64,000 nt of DNA, taken from Balanoglossus misakiensis (Eukaryota; Animalia; Hemichordata). Within the stretch, counting starts at the first letter, position 1; the number at the start of each line of letters is the position of its first letter. A program made the translations under genes and the position numbers. Shown here one piece after another: positions 12,073 through 25,400 of the stretch. The DNA is taken from NCBI GenBank assembly GCA_040954595.2, contig CM082576.2:4438760-4502759 (forward strand). Direction: 5' to 3'. The notes below the pieces were generated by a model. The model ran no database searches. It saw only the letters and a list, made by a program, of their open reading frames with translations, and was not told the origin of the DNA.

Positions 12073-14959
12073 ATGGCAGGCGGTCAACCACCAAGCGCTG
12101 ATATGTTCCTCTACCCCGACGGTGGTTGGGGTTGGGTCATCATGATGGGATGTTTCAGCTGTCTCCTCTTCACACCTGGTCTCACAGAAGCCTTCGGAAT
12201 CTTCTTCCTGGAGTTTCGACGCTACTTCGGCGCCGACGCTTCGGAGGTGTCGTGGATAGCTTCGATAATGATGTCAATGACATTCTTTGCAAGTGAGTTC
12301 CACCTGTGTTTATTGCTGGAGTATTTATTATCGTTCACTATCGGGAAAACTGTAGCGATGAAGTAACGGATTCTGACGAGAACAGTGATCCACTGATTTG
12401 GCAGTGTGTCCTGTAAAATTATATCTGTTCCTCTTTACCTTGGAGTCTATTTGTTCGTTCTCTTGCCCCGTAATTCGGCGCATCTCTGTTCGCGCTTCAG
12501 TGCCCTGGTCTTCGCGTCCTGAACTTCTTGTTTCTTCTTGTCAAACCTTGCGGAGATTTCTTGTAAACCTGCCACGCACATCAAGTACGCACAGTAAAGT
12601 ACGTGGGGTGGGAACAAGCTCAGTAGCTTGCATCTCCCGTTTAATTCTGCTTACAACTTTAGAAACAAAGTTCTTATAATTACTTTTCTCAAGGCGTGGT
12701 TAAATATGTAAAATACGATTCAATATAATCATTAGAATTTCATTGGGCATCAATTCAACTCTATGCGTACCAATTTACATACAGCGTTATATAACAAAGT
12801 CAGTTCGATGATAAACAGCTCAGTCAGTGCAACACTTAGTTGTAACCAGCTCTCCCTACCTACTCCAAACCATAAAATCAAATATTACTAAACTTCGTCT
12901 CTATTGCGTTGACATGCCTGGGCTCGGGATTAATTAAATTTTATATCATATGTCACCTTTATACAGATTTGACCTTTATACAGATCTTAACACCTGCACG
13001 CCGTGCTTCTAATCCCAATAAGCCGAATAATTCTTTTAAAAGTGACTTTATTTAAACATAATATTGCAAATCAAATGCCGAACATTGTAAATTTAATCAA
13101 AAATTGCACTTTTTAAAAAATACAAAGAAAAGTAAAAGAAAATTCACCTTGTGCATTCAAGTTCACGTTCATGACCAAAAACCAAAAGTTGCACTTTTTA
13201 AAAATACAAAGTCACTGAAAGCAAATAACTGCGCGGCGTGCGCGTTCGGTTATGCACTTTTTTTTCCAAATCATGTCAATATTTCTTTCTGTCGATTTTA
13301 GGCCCGGTAGCTGCGGCGTTGACCAATAGGTTTGGTTGTCGTCCTGTTGTATTTGTCGGTGGTCTCGTTTCAAGTTTGGGGCTGGTGCTCAGTTCGTTTG
13401 CGACTGGTATATTTTACCTGTACATCAGTTTCGGAGTTATTACAGGTAAATATTTGTTTGCGATGCGTTTTCGAATCGGTTCTTCAAGCGGCATCAATAG
13501 GTATTGATTATACCCGGAATTTTGATCAAGACTGATACAAACCCCACTCTTTTTATCGTCTTTCATATTGAAACGTACGTTGTGCCACTTCTTGTGAAGA
13601 AGTAATTTGTATCATCTCAGACGTGTCAGGGGTTGCGAATCGCTAAATTTTCTGTCTGAAAAATTAAAACAATTTTCAACAAACGATAAACTTCGCTGGT
13701 ATATTATACGTAACCCTTTGCTCTGTAACGTTGCCATGTACAGGTTTTTCCTATGGAATGGTGTTCATCCCAAGCGTTGTTTTAGTTAGTTACTACTTCA
13801 AGGAACGCCATGCCTTGGCCAACGGGGTTTCCTTTTCCGGGTCGGCGGTAGGCAACATGATTTTCCCGCCGCTGATTCATTACTTCATCGAGAACTTCGG
13901 TTGGAGGGGAGCGCTCCTCATGCTTGGCGGCATGAATTTAAACCTGTGTGTGGCAGCCGCGCTGTACCGACCGCCGCCCCTGAAAGAAACGCCGAGAAAG
14001 TTGATGCAAGAAGAGGAAAAGGCGATGCTGAAAGGGAACGGGGGCGAGCCGAAGAAAAAAATGATGGACTTCAACATCTTCAAAGAAAACTACGTGTTCT
14101 GTTTGATATGCGTGTTGCTGTTTCTGCTGGGGTTCAGCACGTTCATCCCGTTGATTCATCTCATCCCGCGCGCCGTGTACCTGGGAATCCCTCACGGCAA
14201 GGCGTCTCTACTGGTGTCGGCCATCGGTCTAGCGGGCTTCATTGGTCGCATTGCGCACGGCGTCATCATAAACTTGGGCCTCATCACCCCGTACAGGATG
14301 TTCGTTCTCGCCGTCTTTGTCGCCGGCGTGTCGGCCATGTTGACTCCGTTCGGCAACACCTATATGTTGCTGATGGCTTATGCCGTCATGTACGGCTTGA
14401 CCACTGGGTGTTACAATCCTCTGGTTGCCGTGCTGATGAAAGAAGCCGTTGGGGATGAAAAGTTGCCGACGGCTGTTGGATTTTCTCTGTTGGTATTGGG
14501 ACTTGGTCATCTGGTTGGCGCGCCAGTTGCAGGTACGTCTATGCACAGACAAACAAAACACATTCGAAAGGGGAAGATTCACATTTTAATTTCTCTCTGA
14601 TTTGCGCCATTTTTACATGAGCAATCTGGACTACGAACATTATTTAACAATGCAATACTGAAAATATGTGAAATCACATCTTCCCGCAATTTCACTGTCG
14701 TTTGTGTTTTTCCTTCTTCTCAGGGCTTTTATACGACATCAGTGGTGCGTACAATCTTTCATTTTACATGGCCGGCATGGTGTTCTTAATAACAGTGTTA
14801 CTCAGCTTTACCAGACCATACCTGGAGAGAAAGCAAGCAGCCAGGGATGCCAGACACAGACTGCGAGAACTGGAGGACGTGAAGAGGAACGGGAACGAGA
14901 TCCGGATGAAACAGGAAGACAAGTGGTCGGAAGGGGATAGCAACGAATCAAACGTGTGA
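12073..14959 (+). CDS. SLC16/monocarboxylate transporter family MFS protein, copy 1, about 462 aa
   Basis: PDGGWGW N-terminal SLC16 signature, NRFGCR loop, YFKERHALANG and FGWRGA motifs, 12-TM pattern. Exons 12073-12292, 13302-13445, 13744-14532, 14724-14959 (1389 nt, in frame). Confidence 0.9.
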
Positions 14960-16360
14960 TCAGAGGGCAGAATCTACGCCCAACAGACTGTTTTCTCGGA
15001 CCTGGAAGTTGTATAGTAGACGATAGATGTCTCTTTCTAGACCTCTGTCGATCGATAGCCGACACATTTTAACTTTACTGGTGTGCAAGCGACGTCCACA
15101 TGATTAAAACCAAAACAAGATTCGTTGGCGATATGAGTTATCGTTTTTCTCTTTTCAAGTTCGTCGCCATCGATTTTCATCGCCCTGATTGGTTAAAAGT
15201 CTGTTCAACAATTTGCATATATCAAACAGGAAGCGCGTCATTAAAACCCCAGATTTATATATCCATATTCGACAATATTGTGATTTTGAAATGTCGTTAT
15301 TCTATAATTTTTTTCTTACGTATCCTTGTACTCCATTAAGCGTCGAGCAACTGGTCGAGAAACTAGACATACAAGACAAGAAAATAATGTCCTTTGCCAT
15401 CATGACCTCTATGTCGCTTCTGATAAGGGGTCGGTGTAATCTTCAATGCAATCTCGATGCTATCTTGTCACTAAACAACCTCTAAGGTTAGTATAGGGTT
15501 TGCATTAGTCAACGGATTGCTAATAGCAAAAGACGAGCAATTTCACGTGTTGACAAATCTCTTGAATAATTTGGCCCCGAAATATCGACCGGAAAGTAAC
15601 GAGACATCTTATTATTCTAAAGATCTATTTCTAAATTGGAGAGTGAGTGTCATGTTCTGATGTCCAGTGTTCATAAAAATAATAGTCAGTTTTAACAGGC
15701 CTAAATATATAATATATTATATTCTTCACAGAAACGCGTTTTTTCTTTGTTGGGATTAAGAATCAGCCAGTTAAATGTGGATTTGCCAAAATATGTTTTT
15801 CATTGGTTATTTTTGCTAAATTTTGAACACAACAGCATTTCAATCTATTCTGATTTCCCAAACGCCTTTGTAAATGTAAATTTTCTGTGTGTGGCGGAGC
15901 GATGCCTTGTTACTTTTGAAATAAAGTCTTATCTTTTGACGGAGGTGAGTAATCATGCAGTTGCTACCTTGAAAGCATTCTCGCCAGTCAGAACTGTTAC
16001 TCCAATGTCCTCCACGTTGCTCCGCGAGACAAATTTTTTGCACGAAGCAAGCACCGTTCTTAAACGGTAAACAAATGAATGAATGGATGGATGAAATTGA
16101 AAAGCAAATGCTCGCTGCACACAATTTGACTACAAGGAGAAGTCCCATAACTGAATGCTGAAGTCATGGCAACCCGACGATGAAATAGACATGAATTAAT
16201 CTTGAGTTGACCATGTATTTGATGAAGACAACTGATAAGATGCTATGATATCTGGAGACCCTTCATAGTCGTTTGGTCCAAGCGCATCCTTCTTATACAT
16301 GTAGCTGCTTTGGACACTGCCGACTACAGCGCCAAAAGAGCTCCAGATCTGTCTCTGTCC

Positions 16361-16381
16361 TTCTCTCTCTCTCTCTCTCTC
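16361..16381 (+). repeat. (CT)n microsatellite in the 5' region of SLC16 copy 2
   Basis: ttctctctctctctctctctc. Confidence 0.8.
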
Positions 16382-16415
16382 ACGTGAAAAATTTCATCCA
16401 TCCAGCGTCTCCAAG

Positions 16416-18462
16416 ATGGCAGGCGGTCAACCACCAAGCGCGGATATGTTCCTCTACCCCGACGGTGGTTGGGGTTGGGTCATCATGATGGGCTGTTTCA
16501 GCTGTCTCCTCTTCACACCTGGTCTCACAGAAGCCTTCGGAATCTTCTTCCTGGAGTTTCGACGCTACTTCGGCGCCGACGCCTCGGAAGTGTCGTGGAT
16601 AGCGTCGATAATGATGTCAATGACATTCTTTGCAAGTGAGTTCCCGCCTAAAACAATCTTTACGAACAACCTGGTTTATCCAAATATTGCAAATATAAAC
16701 ATTGCAAATTTGCTGTTTTCTTGCACAGGTCGAGCATTTTATATACTTTTACCCAAAAACTGCATTTTGTTTTTTTACAAAGTTGCGTGCATTCAAGAAA
16801 ATCCACAGTGTGCATGCACGTTCACTGTGCCGGCGTAAATCATGTCAATATTTCTTTCTGTTGATTATAGGTCCCGTAGCTGCGGCGATGTCCAATAGGT
16901 TTGGTTGTCGTACTGTTGTATTTGCTGGTGGTATCATTTCAAGTTTTGGGCTGGTTCTCAGTTCTTTTGCGACTAGTATATTTTTCCTGTACATCAGTTT
17001 TGGTTTTGTCACAGGTAAATAATGATAATGATTACTCGGGCTTTTGATCAAGATTGCCCACTCTTCATTTTCATCGCCTTTCATATTAAAACTTTGTGGC
17101 GAGTCTTTTGAAGAACTAGCAGGTCTCTGTTTTCTATCTATAAAACAAAACAAACCAACACAAATAAACAAAACGAACAACAAATGTCCCTTCTAATTGT
17201 ATATACTTCCCCATTTCCCCGTAACCTTGCATTTACAGGTTTTTCCTATGGAATGGTGTTCATCCCAAGCGTTATTTTAATTAGTTACTACTTCAAGGAA
17301 CGCCATGCCTTAGCCAACGGAGTGTCATTTGCCGGGTCGGCGGTTGGCGTCATTATTTTTCCTCCGCTGTGTCACTATCTCATCGAGCACTACGGTTGGA
17401 GGGGAGCGCTTTTCCTTCTCGGGGGCCTGAACTTAAACATCTGTGTGGCTGCCGCGCTGTACCGACCGCCGCCCCTGAAGAAAACGACGAGAAAGATCAT
17501 GCAAGAAGAGGAAAATGCGATCCTGAAAGGGAACGAGGGCGAGGAGGTGCCGAAGAAAAAAATGATGGACATCAAAATCTTCAAAGAAAACTTTGTGTTC
17601 TCTTTGATTTGCGTGTTGCTGTTTCTGCTAGGGTTCAGCACGTTCATCCCGTTGATTCATCTCATCCCACGCGCCGTGTACCTGGGAATCCCTCACGGCA
17701 AGGCGTCTTTGCTGGTGTCGGCCATCGGTCTAGCGGGCTTCGTCGGTCGCATATCGCACGGCGTCATCCTCAACATGCGAATCCTCACCCCGTACAGGAT
17801 GTTCGTTCTCGCCGTCTTCATAGCCGGCGTGGCCGCTATGTTAAGTCCGTTCGGCAACACCTACATGCTGCTGATGGTTTATGCCTCCGTGTACGGGTTC
17901 ACCAGTGGATGTTACAATCCTCTAGTTGCCGTGCTGATGAAGGAAGCCGTTGGAGATGAAAAGTTGCCGACGGCTGTTGGGTTCTCTATGTTGATATTGG
18001 GGCTTGGTCATTTGGTTGGCTCGCCAGTTGCAGGTATGTCTATGCAAAGACAAACAAAATTTCTTTCTCTATTGAAGGTCTATGCAATTTGTGTAACTCA
18101 ATGCAGCATGATCATTTCAAGAATTTTCCCTTTTTGGCAGCTCACTAAAGCATTTTTATTTTCCTCTTTTAACAGTCATGGGGATGCAATTTCACTGTTG
18201 TTTGTGATATTTCTTCTTCTCAGGACTTTTATTCGACATGAGTGGTGCGTACAATCTGTCGTTTTACATGGCCGGTTTGGTGTACCTTATAACAGTGTTA
18301 CTCAGCTTTACCAGACCGTTCCTGGAAAAAATGCAAGCCGGCATGGAGGCAAAACGGAGGATGATGCAAGAAATGGCGGACGTGAAGAGGAACGGGAACG
18401 AGATCCGGATGAAACAGGAAGACAAGTGGTCGGAAGAAGATAGCAGCGAATCAAACGTGTGA
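16416..18462 (+). CDS. SLC16/monocarboxylate transporter family MFS protein, copy 2, about 465 aa
   Basis: Tandem paralog with the same exon structure: 16416-16635, 16871-17014, 17239-18033, 18224-18462 (1398 nt, in frame). Confidence 0.9.
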
Positions 18463-19482
18463 TCAGAGGGCAGAATCTACGCCCAACAGACTGTTTTCTC
18501 GGACTTGAAAGTTGTATAGTTGACGATATATGTCTCTTTCTAGACATCTGTCGATCGATAGTCTACACACTCAGTTTAACTTTACTGGTGTGCAAGCGAC
18601 GTCACACTACATGACTAAAATCAAAACAAGATTCGTTGGCGATATGAGTGATCGTTTTTCTCTTTTCAAATTCGTCGCCATCGATTTTCGTCGCCCTGAT
18701 TGGTTAAAAGTGCGTTACTTCATGTTAATTTTTGTTTAATGATTTGCATGTGATTCAAACAGGAAGCGCGTCATGATGTCCTTTGACATCATGACCTCTA
18801 TGTCGCTTCTGATAAGGGGTCGATGTAATCTTCAATCCAATCTCGATGCTATCTTGTCACTAAACAACCTCTAAGGTTAGTATAGGGTTTGCATTAGTCA
18901 ACGGATTGGCAATAGCAAAACACGAACGATTTTATTTGTTTGGGAAATCTTTTTGAATAATTTGTCTCCGAATATATATATCTTATTATGATGTAAAGGA
19001 TCTACTTCAAAATTTGAGTGTGAGTGTCATAAAAATGAAATCAATAATAGTCATAGTTTTAATAGTCCTAAAATACATGTATATCGAATATATATATTCT
19101 TTACAAATACACATTTGTTATTTGTTAGGATTAAGAATCAGCCAGTTCAATGTGAATTTGCCAATATATTTTTATTGGTTGTTTATTTTTGGCTAAAGTT
19201 TGAGCACAGCAGCATTGAAGTCTATTCTGATTTTCAAAAATGCCTTTGTAAGTGTAATCTTTCTGTGTTTGAAATAAAGTCTTTTCTGGAAAAAAAAAGA
19301 GTGGTGCATTCGAAACACTGGTGGCGCTGTCATTGACCTCAAGGTCACTCTCGGGTCATCGGGTCAGGAACCACAGAACATGCAGAAGCATTGCAGTGTC
19401 GTGCGTACTTCGATATAGAATAACAAATGCATTGAATAACAGCAAGAATTGTCGTCAGTGGTGTTGTGAATGACTCGTCAAG

Positions 19483-22400
19483 ATGTCAGACCTGGTGGCA
19501 CAGTTAGTGAAGGCTGTGAACACAGCCATGGACCCGAGGGTTGATCATCAGACGCGTCTGGAAGCATATCAGGTGCGTGTGTCACGTGGTTTCAACTGCT
19601 GTACTTGTCTGTCATATTTATTATGATTCGCATTCCCATGATTTCACCCATGAAAACAGAGATGGGGTTAATTAACCGTGAAATACTCAAAGAGATAACA
19701 TAAACAAAAGCAAAACAGTTATTCTGAATGAGTGAATCGGTCATAAATTAAAAATTGAAAGACGAGAGCTAATGGCTTTGTCGTGTATGTCTGTATGAAA
19801 TGAATGCAAAGTATAGTTTAGCAATAGTTTGATTCAGCAGGGACCATGCTTCTTCTTTTTTTGTCTGTATGTTGATCCAGGTATGTGAAAATTTCAAGGA
19901 GGGATCTCCCGACTGTGCCAGATGTGGAATAGACTTGGTTGGCTTGAACCACTCACCAGTCATCAGACATTTTGGACTTCAGCTGTTGGAGCACACTGTC
20001 AAGTATGTCGAAACTATGTAGATTTGAGACATTAAGATCACCGTGTATTAGAACTCGTTACAATGGTTTCATGGTGTTAGAATTGTAGATCTTCTGTCTT
20101 AGTTTCCAAGTTGATATATATGTGCATTATTTCGTTGCTCATTTTCTCAGATTTCGTTGGAATCAGATGACTCCGGAAGAGAAGGTACAATTCAAGGAAA
20201 CAGTGATGCAGCTGGTTGCAGATGTAAGTAATATAGAAAATAACGGATTTGAACTGAACCATGGTGGTGAAAGGGTTAAAGGCAAAATGAATATAAGTCG
20301 TACCCATTTCTTTTTTGTCCTCTCAGGGTACGTTAGACATTTTGGCAGAAGAGCCTTACATCAAAGATGGTCTCTCCAGAATTGTTGTGGAAATGGTTAA
20401 GAGAGAATGGCCCCAACACTGGCCAACTCTACTCAGTGAGCTCAACCAATTATGCAAGAAAGGGGTGAGTTGAATTTTACAGTGATGATATGTTGACTGA
20501 ATGTACTAAACAGACTTTCGTCACATCAAGGTTTTCCCAAGTGAATTTTATTAAAGAAAAGTTTTCCCCAGAAAAAGAATTGAAATCTCATTTCCAATGT
20601 TTTGTTGGTTGCAGGAAATACAAACCGAATTGGTTCTCATGGTTTTCTTGAGACTCGCCGAAGACGTTGTGGCCTTTCAGACTTTGCAGTCACAGAGAAG
20701 GAGGGATGTGTTGCAGGCCCTGACCATGAACATGAACGAAATATTTCTGTTCTTCCTGGAATTGTTACAAATCCACACGAATGAGTACAGTCAACTGGTA
20801 AGAACACACTGATCCGAAGAAATTCATCGGTCTTTACAGGCTTTCTTCTGTCCTCACACCCCATTTCTACAGTGCTGATTTTCAACCATATACAAAGTAA
20901 ATTCGAAGTGTGACTGACAAACAATGCAGTTAATACGGAGTATTTAACGGTAACTGTTGTCTTTTGATTGTTACAGCTGAATGGAAGCAGTGATGCTGAT
21001 AAGAAAAAGGTTTGTTTACTTTAATGAAATGTTTTACTTTGTGGAATAAAACTGGCTTGTTTGTCTGATGAGTGCGTTAAGTAAACAGAACATTTTGACA
21101 ATTTTTCCAGTTATGAAGATGGAAAAAATTGTGAAGTGTTGGCTTGGTTCTGCCAGAGACAAATTGATTGTGCATCGAACAACAATGGTACACCACTGAG
21201 GCCGCTGTCCTGATAAGATGCAGCGCCATTTCCCATGAATCACTTTGACTTTGTTATTCTTCAGGCATTGGCCCACTGCAGAGTGGCACAGGCGGTGTTG
21301 ATGGCCTTCACTGGTTACATCGAGTGGGTGGGAATACAGCACATCACGGCACAGGAGAACACGCTACTCAAGAGTCTCTGCGTCCTTCTGTCCGACAGAC
21401 ACTTGAAAGTTGGAGCTGCGGAAGTTCTGCAGATGATTGTTAACAGAAAGGTAAATCATGGACAGTGTTTGGTCTGGTGATGTGTTTTGTAAGTCTGCAT
21501 GAAAAGTGCAACTGAGTGATAATGAATCCCTTTAGAACTGGTATCAGCTGATGGAGCTTACGGTTCTGTCTTCATTGTTTTTAGAAAGTGGCTTCAAATT
21601 TTTTTTTTTTTTAAATCTGGTACTTTGAGATAGCCATCAAGCCCCTGTGATGGTCTTAAACATAAGGGGTGTCGGAAATAAGCCAAAGTGATCAGTTTAT
21701 GATTTTTGCTATCTTCTGAATTCAAGGGTAAATTAGAAGATCGGAAACCACTGCTGGTTCTCTTCAGTGATGATGCAATGTCAATGATTCTGGGAGCAGC
21801 AGAGTGAGTATTGTCTCTTTTATCTGATGACATGTAAAAATCTGGTCTTGTCAGTTTGAAAACTGGCCCAACTACTAGATGAATTATATGAATTTCAAGA
21901 TATTTAGGCGGAGAAATTAGCCCAAGTTTATGCAACCACATGGAATAAATCAGAAAGCAGTAATATTTTTGTTTTCCACCCTCTTTTTTCCAGATCAGCT
22001 GCTTCTGAGGGAATCGATGAAAGAAACTATGTCTTTCTGAAGCATTTGTGCCAAGTTTTAACAGGTGTTGGAGCACAATTGTGTGTGCTTTGGGTAGGTG
22101 CTATATGGGTTACTATATGTTGTAGGCTATCACTTTCAAGAGTTAGCCAGTTTTATTAACTTAAAAACTTGTCAATTCTACCATGAATTTCTCCCTCTTG
22201 TAATTATGTAGGGTGCAGAGCATGTAGAGGTGGGACAACCACCAAACTTTCTGAAATTTTTACAAGCCATTTTGGCGTTCACAAGACATCCAAGCATCTA
22301 CTTAAAGGATCTGACCCAGACTCTCTGGTCGGCCTTCTTCAGACATGAATGCATCCATAAGGATCCAATTGTTATTGATGCCATTCCTGAGTTTTTGACA

Positions 22401-25400
22401 GTGGCAATGAAGAACCTCATCAAGGTGAGAAATGTAAAATATTTATTTTACAATAAAAACTTTTGTTGCTCGATAGCGGAGTGATGTAATTGAAATTTGT
22501 TGTTGAAAAAGTGGGTGCAGCATGTGCAATTACACATTTATGTGACAAGCATCCATTCATTTTTCGATCCCAAAGCATGGTTTTCCAAGTCAAGATTCTC
22601 ACCCGAGCTGTGCTTACTCCAGACTAGATTTTGACAGCGATGAAGAATTTCAGCATTTCTTTAACAGTAAGTTCAGCTATCAGTTATTTTATCTAGCAGG
22701 TTTTCTTTAGAATACAAGGAAGAGACCCCCATTGTCGTATCCTAGAGTCAGACTGTAGTAATTAGCTGGTATAGCTATGACCCATGAGTTAACTTGTCCA
22801 TTGTCCATTGACTGTTCTTTAGTAAGACATACAGTCAGTCTCCATATCTATCTCTGTCCACAGAATCATTGTGTCATGTGAGCGGATAAAATGAAAAAGT
22901 GTGGTTTGTTTGTTTCAGCTTTTAGGTCGCACCAGATAGACTCCATCAGACAGTGTAACAAAGTCAGACCATTGGTCTCATTCCAGTATGCCAAACAGTG
23001 GCTGCAGCAACAACTCAGTACACGCATTGACAGTAAGTGGACTTTTCAATACAGGTCACTTGCAGATTACAAGGTTTTGTTCTAGCAATTTATTTTCATA
23101 ATAGATATAAGATATGCAGTGCAAATTGGGTTACATGATAAAATTGAAATGACTAAACTCTCCATAAGACTGTTGCCTGAACCGGCAATGTTGTCACACA
23201 TGGAATCCATGGCAACGTTCTCTCTCATCACCATTTCCATTGGTTTACGTTTTCCAGGCAGCGAGGTGTATTCACACTTGTCTCCCGTCTTCCTGGAGTG
23301 GGATGCCATGACGTGTTTCCTGGAGTGCGTGATGGGAAAAGCTTTCATTCTGGAAAACCCACCAGTAGCAGAGTCCATGGAGTTACTCCAAGGAGTCTTA
23401 CAGTACCAAACTTTGGTAAGGGTACGTTGTGATTCCGCCCCCATTTAGTTATAATCTCCACCACACAAAGCCTGGTTTGAGAACTCAGTTTCAGGTGACA
23501 CTTGCACAGGCCTCTAAAGAGATTGACATCTCCATTCCATTTTGTCTTCCCAGGATCCTTTGCTGTTGTCCTGTACCCTCACATGTGTCTCTGCCTTATT
23601 TCCTGTGTTGAGTTATTCTCCAGACTTACTACCCACAGTTCTGCAAAGGGTAAGTTGTCCCAATATTGTCCCATTATGGCTTAGAACCTATATGATTCAA
23701 ACGTTGTTTCCATGTTTCCATTTACTTTGTATGGAAACTCAGATAACATTCTTTGGCTGGAAATGGCAATTTGAACTTATCACCTTTACCTTGTAGCACA
23801 GTCAACATTCTTTCAAACATGATTTCTCAGCTGTGAGTAAATCCTTTTCAAACTTGTATTTCAAATGGCCTTGCTAAGATCTGTGTAAAATTAAAATTAC
23901 ATTGTATGTTCAACCGTTTTAAATTTTTTTTATCTATAGTTATTTGAATGTGTAGTTTTCTCCATGCCAGGACAAACAAAGGTATGCTATATCTGTCTTG
24001 TTTAAATGATGTTTGCTTCATGTTTACTCATCTGTGAAAATTAAATTAAATATTTGACAAGCAGGAAAGAATATTCTTTAATTGAACTATCAAAAATTCA
24101 TCAGTAAACACTCCACAACATGGTGTCATTTGAATGGGATCACATCTTTGTGTGTTTGTTTGTTGGCTGTTTTCTCAGAAGACCAGAAGCCGACCTGTAC
24201 AAAATGTCAGGAGACATGCATGTTCTATATTTGTCAGAAGTTGCAAGGATTTCCCGGCGTTGCTGATAGTGAGTACACCAACCAGGCATTTATGGCAATG
24301 TGCAGTTTTATTTATGCAACATCGACGATTTCAGTGTTCTTTCCAGAACAAACCTTGGATGCTGTTGATGGAAGAATGGCATTTTTGTGACATGGCAGCT
24401 CAGGCTGTTTTAGTTACGAAATAGGAATAAAAGTTATAAGTCATTGTTGTAAAATTCAAGCATTTTGCAAGAGGATGCAAAGAGCACAGCCAGTTCATTT
24501 CCTAACACAATGTATCCATTAGTTATCTGCAGCAGTTTCTGACATTTTATACTGTTTGTTCAGCCCTTTTTCAGCACAGTGTACGAGAAAGTGAAGAAAC
24601 TGAGCGCAGACACGGAAGAACTGACACAGCTGGAGAAAATCACTCTACACGAAGCGCTGATATTGCTCTGCAATGAAGGCAAGAACTTCGAGCAGCAGCA
24701 GAAGTTCCTGGATGAGATGCTGGGGCCAGTAAAACAGCAGTGGATGTCCGAGAGTGTCAAGTTAGCGGTGTCGTCTGCTGAGCAGTTCATACATCACGTT
24801 GGCTTGGACAGCGAGCCTGCAGTAGCCAGTATCGATAGCATGGTTGGTCTGAATAGGTCCAGTCTCATCTACTGCGTCAACATGATCTTGGCCATGCTGA
24901 AGAGAAGCAAATGGCCGAGTGACCCTGAGGTGAGTGTTTTGGTGCTAGTGGCATTCTGTGCAGTCCCTCCAAGTACACCCTCTCATCCCTTTGCTTGCAG
25001 AATAGATCTAACTCTGATATACTGAAGGAAGAGCAGAGTAGGTGAACCAAGTTGATGGTGAAAGTAAAAGAGATTGAGCCAGGCCTGTGTTCACATTGTT
25101 TGTTTCATCATCTGTATTATCCACTTTATACAGGAAGCCAGAGTTGGTGGCTTCGTCATGGGAACAGGGAAGAATGAAACTCCCATCTACATGAATCCAT
25201 GCATGAATAGTGTCCGGTCCCTATTGGATAATGTCTTTGCCTTGATCAGGTATGTCTGTGTGTCAGTTGTCCTGTATGCAGGGTGAGAGATCGTCTGAGC
25301 TATAGAGGCCATGTCACATGCTGGTTTACAATGAACATGTACTTTATTTCCATGACTTCTAAAAGGTTTCCATCTGAACTTCCCAACAGGACATTCAACC

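Larger units (their letters stand above)
10840..19290 (+). repeat. Tandem segmental duplication containing both SLC16 genes (units about 10840-15935 and 16090-19290)
   Basis: Upstream 10840-11125 aligns to 16090-16350 (for example GGCAACCCGACGATGAAATAGAC in both). The 3' regions 14940-15935 and 18443-19290 align up to shared AATAAA signals at 15920 and 19273. Confidence 0.85.

Noticed and set aside
13880-17959. Arg-rich overlapping ORFs of 185-196 aa
   Set aside because: They are alternative frames of the GC3-rich SLC16 exon 3.
20465-21726. TGATGA/CTGA strings in XPO5 introns as possible C/D snoRNAs
   Set aside because: The box spacing and terminal stems are not convincing, and no guide target is recognisable by eye.
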